This document shows, piece by piece, positions 25,220 to 33,598 of a DNA stretch of 33,598 nt. Every line of letters begins with the position of its first letter. Positions within the stretch are counted from its first letter, which is position 1. The DNA is from a candidate division WOR-3 bacterium (GTDB taxonomy: Bacteria > Hydrothermota > Tepidihabitantia > SM23-42 > JAOAFX01). The notes under the pieces are model-generated. The model did not search any database. It saw only the letters and a list, made by a program, of their open reading frames with translations, and had not been told where the DNA came from. The position numbers were made by a program, and so were the translations under genes. The stretch spans positions 1 to 33,598 of the forward strand of contig JBDRWI010000021.1 of the NCBI GenBank assembly GCA_039802265.1, given 5' to 3'.

Positions 25220-25859
25220 TTTCGGGCGGTACTTAAAATTATGGTATCAGTTAATTATTCTTCTGTTATTTGTCTTTTGTGAAAACCACATTATTGAACG
25301 CTCCACCGGTGATTACTTTCCGACTGAAGAAGGAAACTGGTGGTTTTACAGCAATAGTGACCTGTACCAACCAAAGACCCTTGAGGTGAGCGTGGAACCA
25401 AAAGATACACTTTTGGAGATTGAATGCTATCCCTTCAACTACTCAGGAGACTTCCATTATTTTGCCATTGACCAAAATGGTGTTAAGGAATATATAAAAA
25501 TTGTTCAGAACTACGGGGGGAATGATTATATAATATTAGAGGGATTTATAAGACGGCTTGAGTTGCCATTGGTCAGAGGTAATCTTTTTATTGATTCCCT
25601 CGTTGATTCACTGGACTTTTTCGGTGAGTGGATAAAGGGAAGTTATAAAATTGAGGGATATGTGTCGGACTATATAGTAGATAAACTATATGGCACAATC
25701 TATAAAGTAATCCGGACTACTGTCCAGACGATAAGGACGGCCGATTCCGCATTTACCAAGGAAGAATACCTTGAAGAATACTACGCACCGAATATCGGAC
25801 TGATAAGATTCAAGACAGGAGAGGATGAGTTTAAGCTCACCGATTACAAACTCAATTAA
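25209..25859 (+). CDS. Hypothetical secreted protein (216 aa)
   Basis: Signal-peptide-like N-terminus; no motif recognised. Confidence 0.4.
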   Translation: MNSNFGRYLKLWYQLIILLLFVFCENHIIERSTGDYFPTEEGNWWFYSNSDLYQPKTLEVSVEPKDTLLEIECYPFNYSGDFHYFAIDQNGVKEYIKIVQNYGGNDYIILEGFIRRLELPLVRGNLFIDSLVDSLDFFGEWIKGSYKIEGYVSDYIVDKLYGTIYKVIRTTVQTIRTADSAFTKEEYLEEYYAPNIGLIRFKTGEDEFKLTDYKLN

Positions 25860-26535
25860 AAATAACATTTCTTGCTTATCTTTTCAACCGAAGAACATCC
25901 TTATAGAGATCTATGAGCGATTATATAATAGATTCGGTCCCCAGCACTGGTGGCCCGCTGACTCACCATTTGAAGTAATGGTCGGTGCAATCCTTACCCA
26001 GAATACGAACTGGCAGAATGTTGAGAAGTCAATTCGGAATATAAGAGAGGCCGGTCTTCTGGATGCGAGGCTTTTATTGAAAAATAAAAAGAAAATTCCC
26101 GAACTGGTGAAGCCCTCGGGTTACTATCGATTAAAGGCAGAGCGGCTGGTAAATTTTCTCCAGTTTTTTGTCAACAAATATGATGCCGATGTTGATAGAT
26201 TAAAGAAGATCAAGACGGAAAAACTGAGGCAGGACTTACTGGGCGTAAAGGGTATCGGTCCTGAGACTGCCGATTCCATTTTGCTTTATGCCCTCAATCG
26301 GCCGGTTTTTGTAATTGATGCCTATACCCGACGCATCTTCATCCGGCATAAAATAATTGACGAAAGATTTAAATACGAAGAGATACGGAAGTTCTTTGAA
26401 GAAAATCTTCCCGCTGATTTCAGGCTCTATAATGAATACCACGCCCTTTTAGTCAAATTAGGTAAAATTTTTTGTAAGAAGAATGAACCCCTTTGTAATA
26501 GCTGTCCTTTATTCAATCTTTTCTCAAAGCCCTGA
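25825..26535 (+). CDS. HhH-GPD superfamily DNA glycosylase (endonuclease III-like)
   Basis: FEVMVGAILTQNTNW..., an HhH motif (LLGVKGIGPETADSILLYA) and a catalytic Asp (VIDAY). C-terminal CX6CX2C has only 3 Cys, so the Fe-S cluster status is unclear. Confidence 0.65.
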   Translation: MSLSSPITNSIKNNISCLSFQPKNILIEIYERLYNRFGPQHWWPADSPFEVMVGAILTQNTNWQNVEKSIRNIREAGLLDARLLLKNKKKIPELVKPSGYYRLKAERLVNFLQFFVNKYDADVDRLKKIKTEKLRQDLLGVKGIGPETADSILLYALNRPVFVIDAYTRRIFIRHKIIDERFKYEEIRKFFEENLPADFRLYNEYHALLVKLGKIFCKKNEPLCNSCPLFNLFSKP

Positions 26536-27700
26536 TGGTACGATCCAGGGTGTCTATCTCAATCCCTATCAGGCATCCAAGAAGGACTACCTCGAGAAGA
26601 TCTTCCTTATTGCTGATTCAGGATATATAAACACGATTGTCGTTGATTTAAAGAGTGACTACGGCTATCTCTGTTATGAATCAGAAATCCCACTGGTAAG
26701 AGAACTGGGGGCATTCAAAAGATACATTGACCTTGATTATCTTATAAAAAATTGTCAGGAAAAGAATATCAAACTAATTGCCCGAATTGTCTGCTTCCGG
26801 GATAATTATCTCGCCCTTTATGAAGATTGCGGGATAAAAAATAGAGATGGAAATATCTGGTATGATCGTACCAAAACTGCCTGGCTAAATCCCTATAACA
26901 AAAAGGTCCACCGCTATCTTATCAGCATTATTGATGAAATCCAGAAAAAGGGTGTTAATTCATTTGCCCTTGATTATATCCGTTTTCCCACTGATGGTGA
27001 TTTAAGCAGTATAATCTGGCCGGAAGGTGATGGACCAAGGTATAAGCCGATCATCCAATTTTTAGGAGAACTAAAGAACCAGGTTAGAGGGGCTGAGATT
27101 GGGGTCTGTATATTTGGTTATTCAGTCTGGTATGATTTAAAGAATGAAGGACAGGAGGTATCAAAATTTGGCCCGGTTGTTGATGTTGTGTATCCGATGC
27201 TATACCCTTCCCATTTCCATCCTGGTTTCAAAAGAGAAGTTTCTGAATACTGGCGAAACTACTGGATTTATTTTGATTCCGTTGAAGAGGCATTCAAAAA
27301 ACTGCCGCGCCGGGTTAAGGTAATTCCCTTTGTTCAGGGGTTTGACCTTTATGCCGAAAATTATAATTACGATTATATATTTTCTCAGATACTTGGCGCA
27401 ATCTGCGCTGATGCGGATGGCATACTAATCTGGAATGCCGCGAGCAATTACTCTACTTCTTTTTTCCCTTTGAAGTGGGCACATAATTTAATCCAATACC
27501 AATTCGCTCAGAATAGCCTAAATATCCGTAGGAGAGACCTACTGCGCCAATATCAAGATACCACCCTGGTGTTATCATTATCTCAATGGCAAAACCAAAT
27601 GAGAACCCCGATACCCCCAGGTCCTGATAACCGGTCTGAAACCCAGCCATTAAGGAAAATCCGGAGATTTGTGATTCCTGACCAAATATTGCCTTGGTAG
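26483..27700 (+). CDS. Putative glycoside hydrolase-like TIM-barrel protein (DUF4015/GHL family)
   Basis: Recalled family blocks: IVVDLKSDYGYL, LIARIVCFRDN, WLNPYNKKVHRYLISIIDEI, FALDYIRFP. The last 80 codons or so overlap the convergent porV-like gene and look low-complexity. Confidence 0.5.
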   Translation: MNPFVIAVLYSIFSQSPDGTIQGVYLNPYQASKKDYLEKIFLIADSGYINTIVVDLKSDYGYLCYESEIPLVRELGAFKRYIDLDYLIKNCQEKNIKLIARIVCFRDNYLALYEDCGIKNRDGNIWYDRTKTAWLNPYNKKVHRYLISIIDEIQKKGVNSFALDYIRFPTDGDLSSIIWPEGDGPRYKPIIQFLGELKNQVRGAEIGVCIFGYSVWYDLKNEGQEVSKFGPVVDVVYPMLYPSHFHPGFKREVSEYWRNYWIYFDSVEEAFKKLPRRVKVIPFVQGFDLYAENYNYDYIFSQILGAICADADGILIWNAASNYSTSFFPLKWAHNLIQYQFAQNSLNIRRRDLLRQYQDTTLVLSLSQWQNQMRTPIPPGPDNRSETQPLRKIRRFVIPDQILPW

Positions 27701-28442
27701 CACTCTTCATTATCTCGGGTTCACGAATGAAGATTTCGGTTCCGACGGAAAATGTCGGTTGATAATCGGGATAGATTGAATAGTCCAGGGCAAGTGTCCA
27801 GTGGTTTTCTCGGAAAGGTATCTTGATTGCCAGTCCCTGTCGGAAGTTGACCGGGGGATATTCCCATTTACTGATAAATTTCCTGGGTGTACCGACATTC
27901 TTCAAGACACTCCCGATGTAGATAAAATTTATCGGGTTCAGGATAATACCGAAGTCGCAGAGGACACCATAGGCACTCTCATCATATAACTGACTGCGTA
28001 CAATCTTACCACAACCACCGAAGGAAAGCAGTCTTCTTTTGCCTATTCCATTGCCATAGCCGACATTCAAGAGCATATCATAATTACGGAACTCTGAACC
28101 CGGTTCGCCAATCTCACTATACTCTATATCCTTTGCAGTAAGATAGGAAATTCCAACCCCGAGGCCGCCTGCTTTTTTACCAAGCAGGATTGATGAAGTA
28201 AGATTGTAATATTGCCAAGTTGAGAGATGGGACATTGCCATTCCTGAGACATAATAACTATTTACTATTCCGAGTCCGGCTGGATTCCAGAATACCGCAT
28301 TGCCATCATCACTGAGGGCAGTAAAGGCATTGCCCATAGCCACGGGTCTAACACCCACGCCAAGTTTTAAGAATGTATAACCGGTTGCACCCGGTTGCCA
28401 GATCTGGGTCGTCAGACTTAGCAGGATAATTAAGTTATACAT
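27453..28442 (-). CDS. porV: T9SS-associated outer-membrane beta-barrel protein, PorV/PorQ (FadL-like) family
   Basis: N-terminal region FLKLGVGVRPVAMGNAFTALSDDGNAVFWNPAGLG matches the conserved PorV/PorQ pattern (...R..AMG.A..A..DDA.A..WNPAGL). Length about 330 aa. Confidence 0.55.
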   Translation of the reverse strand: MYNLIILLSLTTQIWQPGATGYTFLKLGVGVRPVAMGNAFTALSDDGNAVFWNPAGLGIVNSYYVSGMAMSHLSTWQYYNLTSSILLGKKAGGLGVGISYLTAKDIEYSEIGEPGSEFRNYDMLLNVGYGNGIGKRRLLSFGGCGKIVRSQLYDESAYGVLCDFGIILNPINFIYIGSVLKNVGTPRKFISKWEYPPVNFRQGLAIKIPFRENHWTLALDYSIYPDYQPTFSVGTEIFIREPEIMKSATKAIFGQESQISGFSLMAGFQTGYQDLGVSGFSFGFAIEIMITPGWYLDIGAVGLSYGYLGYSERIGIGLNYVPTSKGKKK

Positions 28443-29527
28443 TATTTAAATCGGTCTTTCAATTTATTGAGAACCTGGGGCAGGGTGGTATATTCCATAT
28501 CACTCAGTGGTAGGCGCTGGGGTTCAAATGGACCGTGCCGGCGAATGTAGTCCGCGATCTCATTTGCCTTCTGCCTGACATGGTCATAACTGGGGTCTGC
28601 AAACATATCACGCGGTCCAATCAATGTCCCATTGGCAATCTGAAAACCGAGGGCAATAACTCTGGGTGGGCCATCAAACCGGGTTGGATTGGCATCCTCT
28701 ACCGAGACGGGCATAAATGGTCCCCAGTGTGAACCGCGCATCCAGCCGGTAACCATATAAGGTAAGGAGAATGGTTCAAGGACTTCACCTACAGCCGGCA
28801 GTCCGCTCTGGCACCGCACAATCATCACCGGATCATCCTTACCCACATATCTCCCCGCAATCAAATTTACCCTCTGGGTTGAAGTAGTTGCCGCAATCGT
28901 CCCATCTTTTTTATAGACATTCTTTATTATATAATGTTCGGAGGCACCAATAAGGCATAACAAATCATACATATCTTCCGGGGTATTCAATCTTGCATTC
29001 TTATCCTGAAAGACATCGTGTACCTCAAAGACAAAGCCATCATGCATACTCGGGTCAATGACAAGTCCAATTGTATTAAATGGGTCGGCAAACATCTTAA
29101 AAAGGGGATAGTTCCAGGCACCCGGTGAGGTCTTGTCCGCGGCAAAGATAATAACCGGCTCGCTCTTTCGTTCTTCAAAGGTCATCTCAGCACAGCCCGG
29201 TCCCATTCCCTTGACATTCCCGGAGAATGCATCAGTAAGCAGGTCCTGTCCGGCACCATAGAGTTTCAGTTCCTTTGCCAGATTGGTGCATTCAACAAAT
29301 GTATCCCAGGCAATCTTATGGATTTCGTTAGAGTCGTTACCCAGACGATGGCTCATTATCAGTTCCAGGTCGTCACCACAATGGGTGACATGAAAATCAA
29401 CGATAACACCTTTCTTTTTCTGTTCGTCAAGAACTTGCATTGCCCTGGTTATGATATTGGGATGCATACTTGAATGTCCCACATATCCACCAATATCGGC
29501 CTTAATTATGCTTAAGGTTATTGCCAT
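28442..29527 (-). CDS. fbp: Fructose-1,6-bisphosphate aldolase/phosphatase (class V FBPase, archaeal type)
   Basis: N-terminus MAITLSIIKADIGGYVGHSSMHP... and length about 360 aa match the bifunctional FBP aldolase/phosphatase family. Confidence 0.75.
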   Translation of the reverse strand: MAITLSIIKADIGGYVGHSSMHPNIITRAMQVLDEQKKKGVIVDFHVTHCGDDLELIMSHRLGNDSNEIHKIAWDTFVECTNLAKELKLYGAGQDLLTDAFSGNVKGMGPGCAEMTFEERKSEPVIIFAADKTSPGAWNYPLFKMFADPFNTIGLVIDPSMHDGFVFEVHDVFQDKNARLNTPEDMYDLLCLIGASEHYIIKNVYKKDGTIAATTSTQRVNLIAGRYVGKDDPVMIVRCQSGLPAVGEVLEPFSLPYMVTGWMRGSHWGPFMPVSVEDANPTRFDGPPRVIALGFQIANGTLIGPRDMFADPSYDHVRQKANEIADYIRRHGPFEPQRLPLSDMEYTTLPQVLNKLKDRFK

Positions 29528-29732
29528 TTTTCCTCCTCAATCATTGAGGAACTATTATATAAATTATAACCCCGATGTCAATATCACTAAGACCTGGTTA
29601 CTACTCACTTTTTTCTGCCATTTGATAGGAGTTTTGATTCTACCGGATTAAGGTGGGGGTGGAAAATCAACAATCCTTTCAAATATTGCCAACTTAGGTT
29701 TCAAAAAGTAGGGAGGGTCAATAGAGGGAATA

Positions 29733-31019
29733 TTGACATCTAAATTAGAATCAGTAGACTTATCATCTATGCTCGGGCTATTGAAAAAGAGGGGTCTGGT
29801 CTTTCTTGCCCTTTCCAGTGGAGTCTCTCAACTCGGAGACCGACTTACCCATATGGTCATCATTACACTCATCGGTGCCCAGTATCCGGGAAAGGTTTCT
29901 GCTTTCAGTGAATTCGCCATTACCTTTTCTCTGCCCGTAATAATCCTTGCGCCGTTCGTGGGGGTTTTGGTGGACCACTGGAATAGACAAAAAATTTTAT
30001 TCCGCTGTCACCTGATTCAATCAATTTTAATCTTCCTTACCCCAAGTTTTATATTAATATCCAAAAGCCTCATCCCAATCTGGATTCTGGTTTTTGTCTT
30101 TTTTGCCCTTGATGTCTTTAACAATACCGCAAAGAATGCAGTGGTTCCGGACCTGGTAAAATATGATGAACTCGTAGGAGCAAATTCCCTGATCATTACC
30201 ATTGCCAGGATTGCTACATTTTTTGGAATGGTCGGTGGTGGATATCTGATTAAATGGACCGGCTGGCGATTGGGATTTTATATTGATGCCTCTACCCATT
30301 TTGTAGCGGGTTTACTGGCACTGGGAATGGGTACATGGGTAATGTTTGAACCGGCAGTAAAGATGGGATTTTCACTCCATAGGGAATTAAAAAAATCCTT
30401 CAGGATTTTCTTACTGGACTTGAAGGAGCTGGGCGAGTTGTTATTAAAGGACCGCGTCGTTGATTTTGTCCTGATTTCAGTATTTATCCTGCCATTTTCC
30501 GCAGGGGTTGCCTACACCGTAATTATATACTTAATTCAGCAGGAATTCGGTATGGGCACTGCCGGTGTGGGCTGGATGGGTGGGATTATCGGAACCGGTA
30601 TGTTTACCGGCGCAGTTATCATCGGCTTTTTAGGACGAAGGATAAGTCGGGCAAAGATAATAATCTGTAGTATGAGTATTCTTGCCCTCTTCTTTATAGT
30701 TGGACCATTTTTTGTTAATCCGGTTTTTCTTTATGTAATTGCCTTCATCACCGGTATGGTCTTCTCTTTTATTGGTATTGCCCAGGATACAATCTTGCAG
30801 GAAGATGTAATGAAGGGAATAAGGGGAAGAATATTTGCCACCAAGGAATTTATTGTCAATCTTGCCTTTCTCATCTGTGCGGTTAGTATCGGATTCGTCT
30901 CAAGTATATTGAAACCTTATGGAATTTTACGAATTGTGGGCGCAATTATTGCCATAATTACAGTCTTATCATTCTTTATAAATCTTTCCATACCGGCAGA
31001 GATAAGAAAGAAGTTGTAG
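29733..31019 (+). CDS. MFS-family transporter (12 predicted TM helices)
   Basis: Repeated hydrophobic helices and an MFS-like loop motif (GRRISRAK). TTG start; an alternative ATG lies at 29769. Confidence 0.7.
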   Translation: MTSKLESVDLSSMLGLLKKRGLVFLALSSGVSQLGDRLTHMVIITLIGAQYPGKVSAFSEFAITFSLPVIILAPFVGVLVDHWNRQKILFRCHLIQSILIFLTPSFILISKSLIPIWILVFVFFALDVFNNTAKNAVVPDLVKYDELVGANSLIITIARIATFFGMVGGGYLIKWTGWRLGFYIDASTHFVAGLLALGMGTWVMFEPAVKMGFSLHRELKKSFRIFLLDLKELGELLLKDRVVDFVLISVFILPFSAGVAYTVIIYLIQQEFGMGTAGVGWMGGIIGTGMFTGAVIIGFLGRRISRAKIIICSMSILALFFIVGPFFVNPVFLYVIAFITGMVFSFIGIAQDTILQEDVMKGIRGRIFATKEFIVNLAFLICAVSIGFVSSILKPYGILRIVGAIIAIITVLSFFINLSIPAEIRKKL

Positions 31020-31027
31020 TAAGGAGG

Positions 31028-31429
31028 TTGTTGATGAAATATCGTAATCCATTTCCAACCGTTGATATAATCATTGAGACACCCCAGGGCATCGTTTTGA
31101 TTAAAAGAAGAGACCCACCATACGGCTGGGCATTGCCGGGTGGGTTTATTGAATATGGTGAGTCGGCCGAATCAGCAGCAGTCCGTGAGGCAAAGGAAGA
31201 GACAAATTTAGATATCAAAGACCTGCGCCAGTTCCATACCTATTCCGAGCCGGACCGGGATCCTCGGTTTCACACCATCTCGGTAGTCTTCATTGCCCGG
31301 GCTGATGGAATTCCCCGGGCCGGTGATGATGCAAAAGGCATCGGATTATTTACTGCAGAAAATTTACCTGAAGACATTGCCTTTGACCACCGCAGGATTC
31401 TTGAGGACTATTTTAGATATAAATCCTAA
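31028..31429 (+). CDS. NUDIX hydrolase
   Basis: Nudix box [24 protein letters not shown] (Gx5Ex7REUxEExGU). Strong RBS AAGGAGG. Confidence 0.85.
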   Translation: MLMKYRNPFPTVDIIIETPQGIVLIKRRDPPYGWALPGGFIEYGESAESAAVREAKEETNLDIKDLRQFHTYSEPDRDPRFHTISVVFIARADGIPRAGDDAKGIGLFTAENLPEDIAFDHRRILEDYFRYKS

Positions 31430-31528
31430 TCACAAAACTCTCCAGATATTCAGAAAGAGATTCTCTGACTCCCGTTATATGGTAATTGGGTTTAGGTTTG
31501 TAGATTGGATAGGGATATATAATTTTGA

Positions 31529-33481
31529 CTATCTTATCAGTATCAGTTTCTTTATCGCTTCAATTTTCTGTTGTGAACCTGTGGGTTGTAATACCATCTT
31601 CACAAAGTAGACCCCGCTTGACAGGTCGTTTATTTCAATCTTATGCCTTCCGGGCAGTATATCTCCCAGATTTATCTCCCTTGTCAATCGCCCCACCACA
31701 TCATATACATAAAGGACCAGTCTGCCCTTTTGATTTAATGCGCAGATTAAATTAATGTTTCGGGCAGGATTGGTGGTGATAATCAATCCATTGGTGAGAT
31801 CCTTACGAAGATTCTCTGCTATATCGGTGTGGATATAAGATTGGCACAGAAGCCAGGTATTGGGGTCAAACTCAATGGAGTCCACATCCTGACTTACCAG
31901 CAGTTGGAGATTGGTCACGGAACTGTTAATCGGAATATTCAATAATGAATCAACATTTCCCATATGGATTAGAATCTGAACCGGCATATGAAAAACCGGT
32001 GGGGCATTGGTCTGGTCTTGATGAATGCTAATATTCAAAAGATAATTGCCGCCTGCTGGCTGACAGTCCCAATAGACATTATAAACCGGATAACCCTGGT
32101 CATAGACCCATTCATCAAAGAACCAGGTCAGGTCAGTTCCATATGCCTGACTGAAGATATTTTTTAAATCTTCGGTGCTGGCACAACCATATTCAAAGGA
32201 GTCGCGATAGACACTCAGGGTATTAAAAAACGCTGTGGGATTTAGGTATCTGAGCATATGTAATACCCAGGATCCCTTGCAATAGGTATGCCCCCAATTA
32301 AACAGTTCACTCAATGGTGGGTCATAAATTGGGTGGCGCCACTGGGCATCGTCGTTGAAATAGTCCTGCCGCCTTGATTCCATTGTCGCAATAAAATATT
32401 CATAACCAAACCTGAACCAGTTATAATTTGCATCGCTGTATGTTGCAAATCCCTCGTTTAGCCAGATATCCCGAAAGTCAATACAGGTTACCATATCTCC
32501 CCACCACTGGTGGGCAAGTTCGTGTGCCATACCATTTTCTGAGCTGTTCAATACCCACCAGCGATGGATTGTGGTCTGCTGTTGATGCTCCATTCCGCCC
32601 CAGGCAAAGGGATAGACTGCATCCTGACCATAACGGTCAAATGGATAATCACCATAAAGGGAGTCAAATAGGTACATTGCATCAGGTAGATGGGAAAAGG
32701 CATATAAGGACTGAATGGAATCCTCGGGCCAGATAAAATGTCTAAGCTCTACTGAGTCCCCATCCGGGTCGTGATACCACTGGGACCATTTTGCAAATTT
32801 TGAAATACCGAAGTGTATCAGGTAGGTGGTAATTGGCCTTGTCTCTTCGTAGGTCCAGGTCTTTGTTCCATCCGGGTTATTAACAACACTCAAAAGATTC
32901 CCATTGGCACAGACGACAAATGAGTCCGGGGTAGTTACCTTTATGATACACCCCTGGTCAGACTTGTCAAAGGGTTCGTCAAAACATGGCATCCAGCGTC
33001 TTGCATCCCAGGGTTCACCCAGGGTATAGGCAATGGAATGCAAGGTGTTGCTATTATAATTTTTAGGCCAGTAGCAGAATCCAGTCTGGTAATTCGTCAC
33101 ACCCCAGGAGCCGTGATAATACACATAGATACTAAAAGAGTCACCATAGTTGTAAGTCTGGGGCAGATTGATATGCAGAGTCTCGCCCGCTGTGGAATAT
33201 GTTACAGTTTGATTATCAACCATTACCGAATCAATCGTCAGGGTATAACTGTGCAGGGTTGCTACATTCAGTCCATTGGTATTACTCCGGCATTTGATTT
33301 TATTAAGCCCGTTGAGTGTACGGCCGGTCATCGGAACATTAACATCAAGTTCATATTTCAAAACATCGTATGAGTGGAGTGATTCTGCCCGAAAAGGAAC
33401 AAAATCATTCCCTAAATAGATATATTTTGCCTCACAGACCTGGAAGGTCCATTGAGAATAAAGAATCAAGAGAAGTAGCAT
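31529..33481 (-). CDS. M1-family zinc aminopeptidase (aminopeptidase N-like) with T9SS C-terminal sorting domain
   Basis: HELAHQWWG HExxH zinc motif with a downstream WLNEGFA glutamate. Signal peptide. C-terminal ...LVLYVYDVVGRLT...GVYFVKMV...LILIR CTD. RBS AAGGAGG. Confidence 0.8.
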   Translation of the reverse strand: MLLLLILYSQWTFQVCEAKYIYLGNDFVPFRAESLHSYDVLKYELDVNVPMTGRTLNGLNKIKCRSNTNGLNVATLHSYTLTIDSVMVDNQTVTYSTAGETLHINLPQTYNYGDSFSIYVYYHGSWGVTNYQTGFCYWPKNYNSNTLHSIAYTLGEPWDARRWMPCFDEPFDKSDQGCIIKVTTPDSFVVCANGNLLSVVNNPDGTKTWTYEETRPITTYLIHFGISKFAKWSQWYHDPDGDSVELRHFIWPEDSIQSLYAFSHLPDAMYLFDSLYGDYPFDRYGQDAVYPFAWGGMEHQQQTTIHRWWVLNSSENGMAHELAHQWWGDMVTCIDFRDIWLNEGFATYSDANYNWFRFGYEYFIATMESRRQDYFNDDAQWRHPIYDPPLSELFNWGHTYCKGSWVLHMLRYLNPTAFFNTLSVYRDSFEYGCASTEDLKNIFSQAYGTDLTWFFDEWVYDQGYPVYNVYWDCQPAGGNYLLNISIHQDQTNAPPVFHMPVQILIHMGNVDSLLNIPINSSVTNLQLLVSQDVDSIEFDPNTWLLCQSYIHTDIAENLRKDLTNGLIITTNPARNINLICALNQKGRLVLYVYDVVGRLTREINLGDILPGRHKIEINDLSSGVYFVKMVLQPTGSQQKIEAIKKLILIR

Positions 33482-33598
33482 CTTACCTCCTTATAAGTAA
33501 AGTGGGTGTTCGGAAATTCCGAAACACCGCATTTTCCGTCATTTGCGAAGCGCTCATTCTTTTAATTACCTCCATCGTTTTATCCCCCACCCTTGAGG

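Overview
This window reads as a 33.6 kb, gene-dense chromosomal segment (about 42% GC by eye) from a Gram-negative, most likely FCB-group (Bacteroidetes-like) bacterium. It carries a type IX secretion outer-membrane component, two cargo proteins with T9SS C-terminal sorting domains, and an Omp85 family protein. Most of the content is housekeeping or stress-related: an SPFH protein, an aminotransferase, DivIVA, PNP, NadD, Hsp20, HtrA, a sigma factor, HslV, ThyX, TsaC, PurD, tRNA-Ala, an MFS transporter and a NUDIX hydrolase. Three genes are of archaeal type for a bacterium: an archaemetzincin, a PcrB/GGGP synthase and a class V fructose-1,6-bisphosphate aldolase/phosphatase. The strongest unexplained structure is a pair of near-identical inverted repeats of about 230 bp (8340-8567 and 17652-17890) bracketing a 9.3 kb block. 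Each copy holds three G5/C5-tract hairpins and a small RBS-preceded ORF, and each ends in a shared GAGGAGG that serves as the Shine-Dalgarno of a different gene (hsp20 on the + strand, purD on the - strand). Shorter fragments of the same G/C-tract motif sit in three other intergenic regions. Other points of note are several consensus sigma-70 promoters that appear to give leaderless mRNAs, a tandem-domain ThyX with complementary motif degeneracy, a TsaC/LMW-PTP gene fusion, an hslV without hslU, a 248-bp convergent CDS overlap, a frameshifted ORF pair next to the tRNA, and a four-gene cluster of uncharacterised outer-membrane proteins. No CRISPR array, rRNA or intact mobile element was seen.
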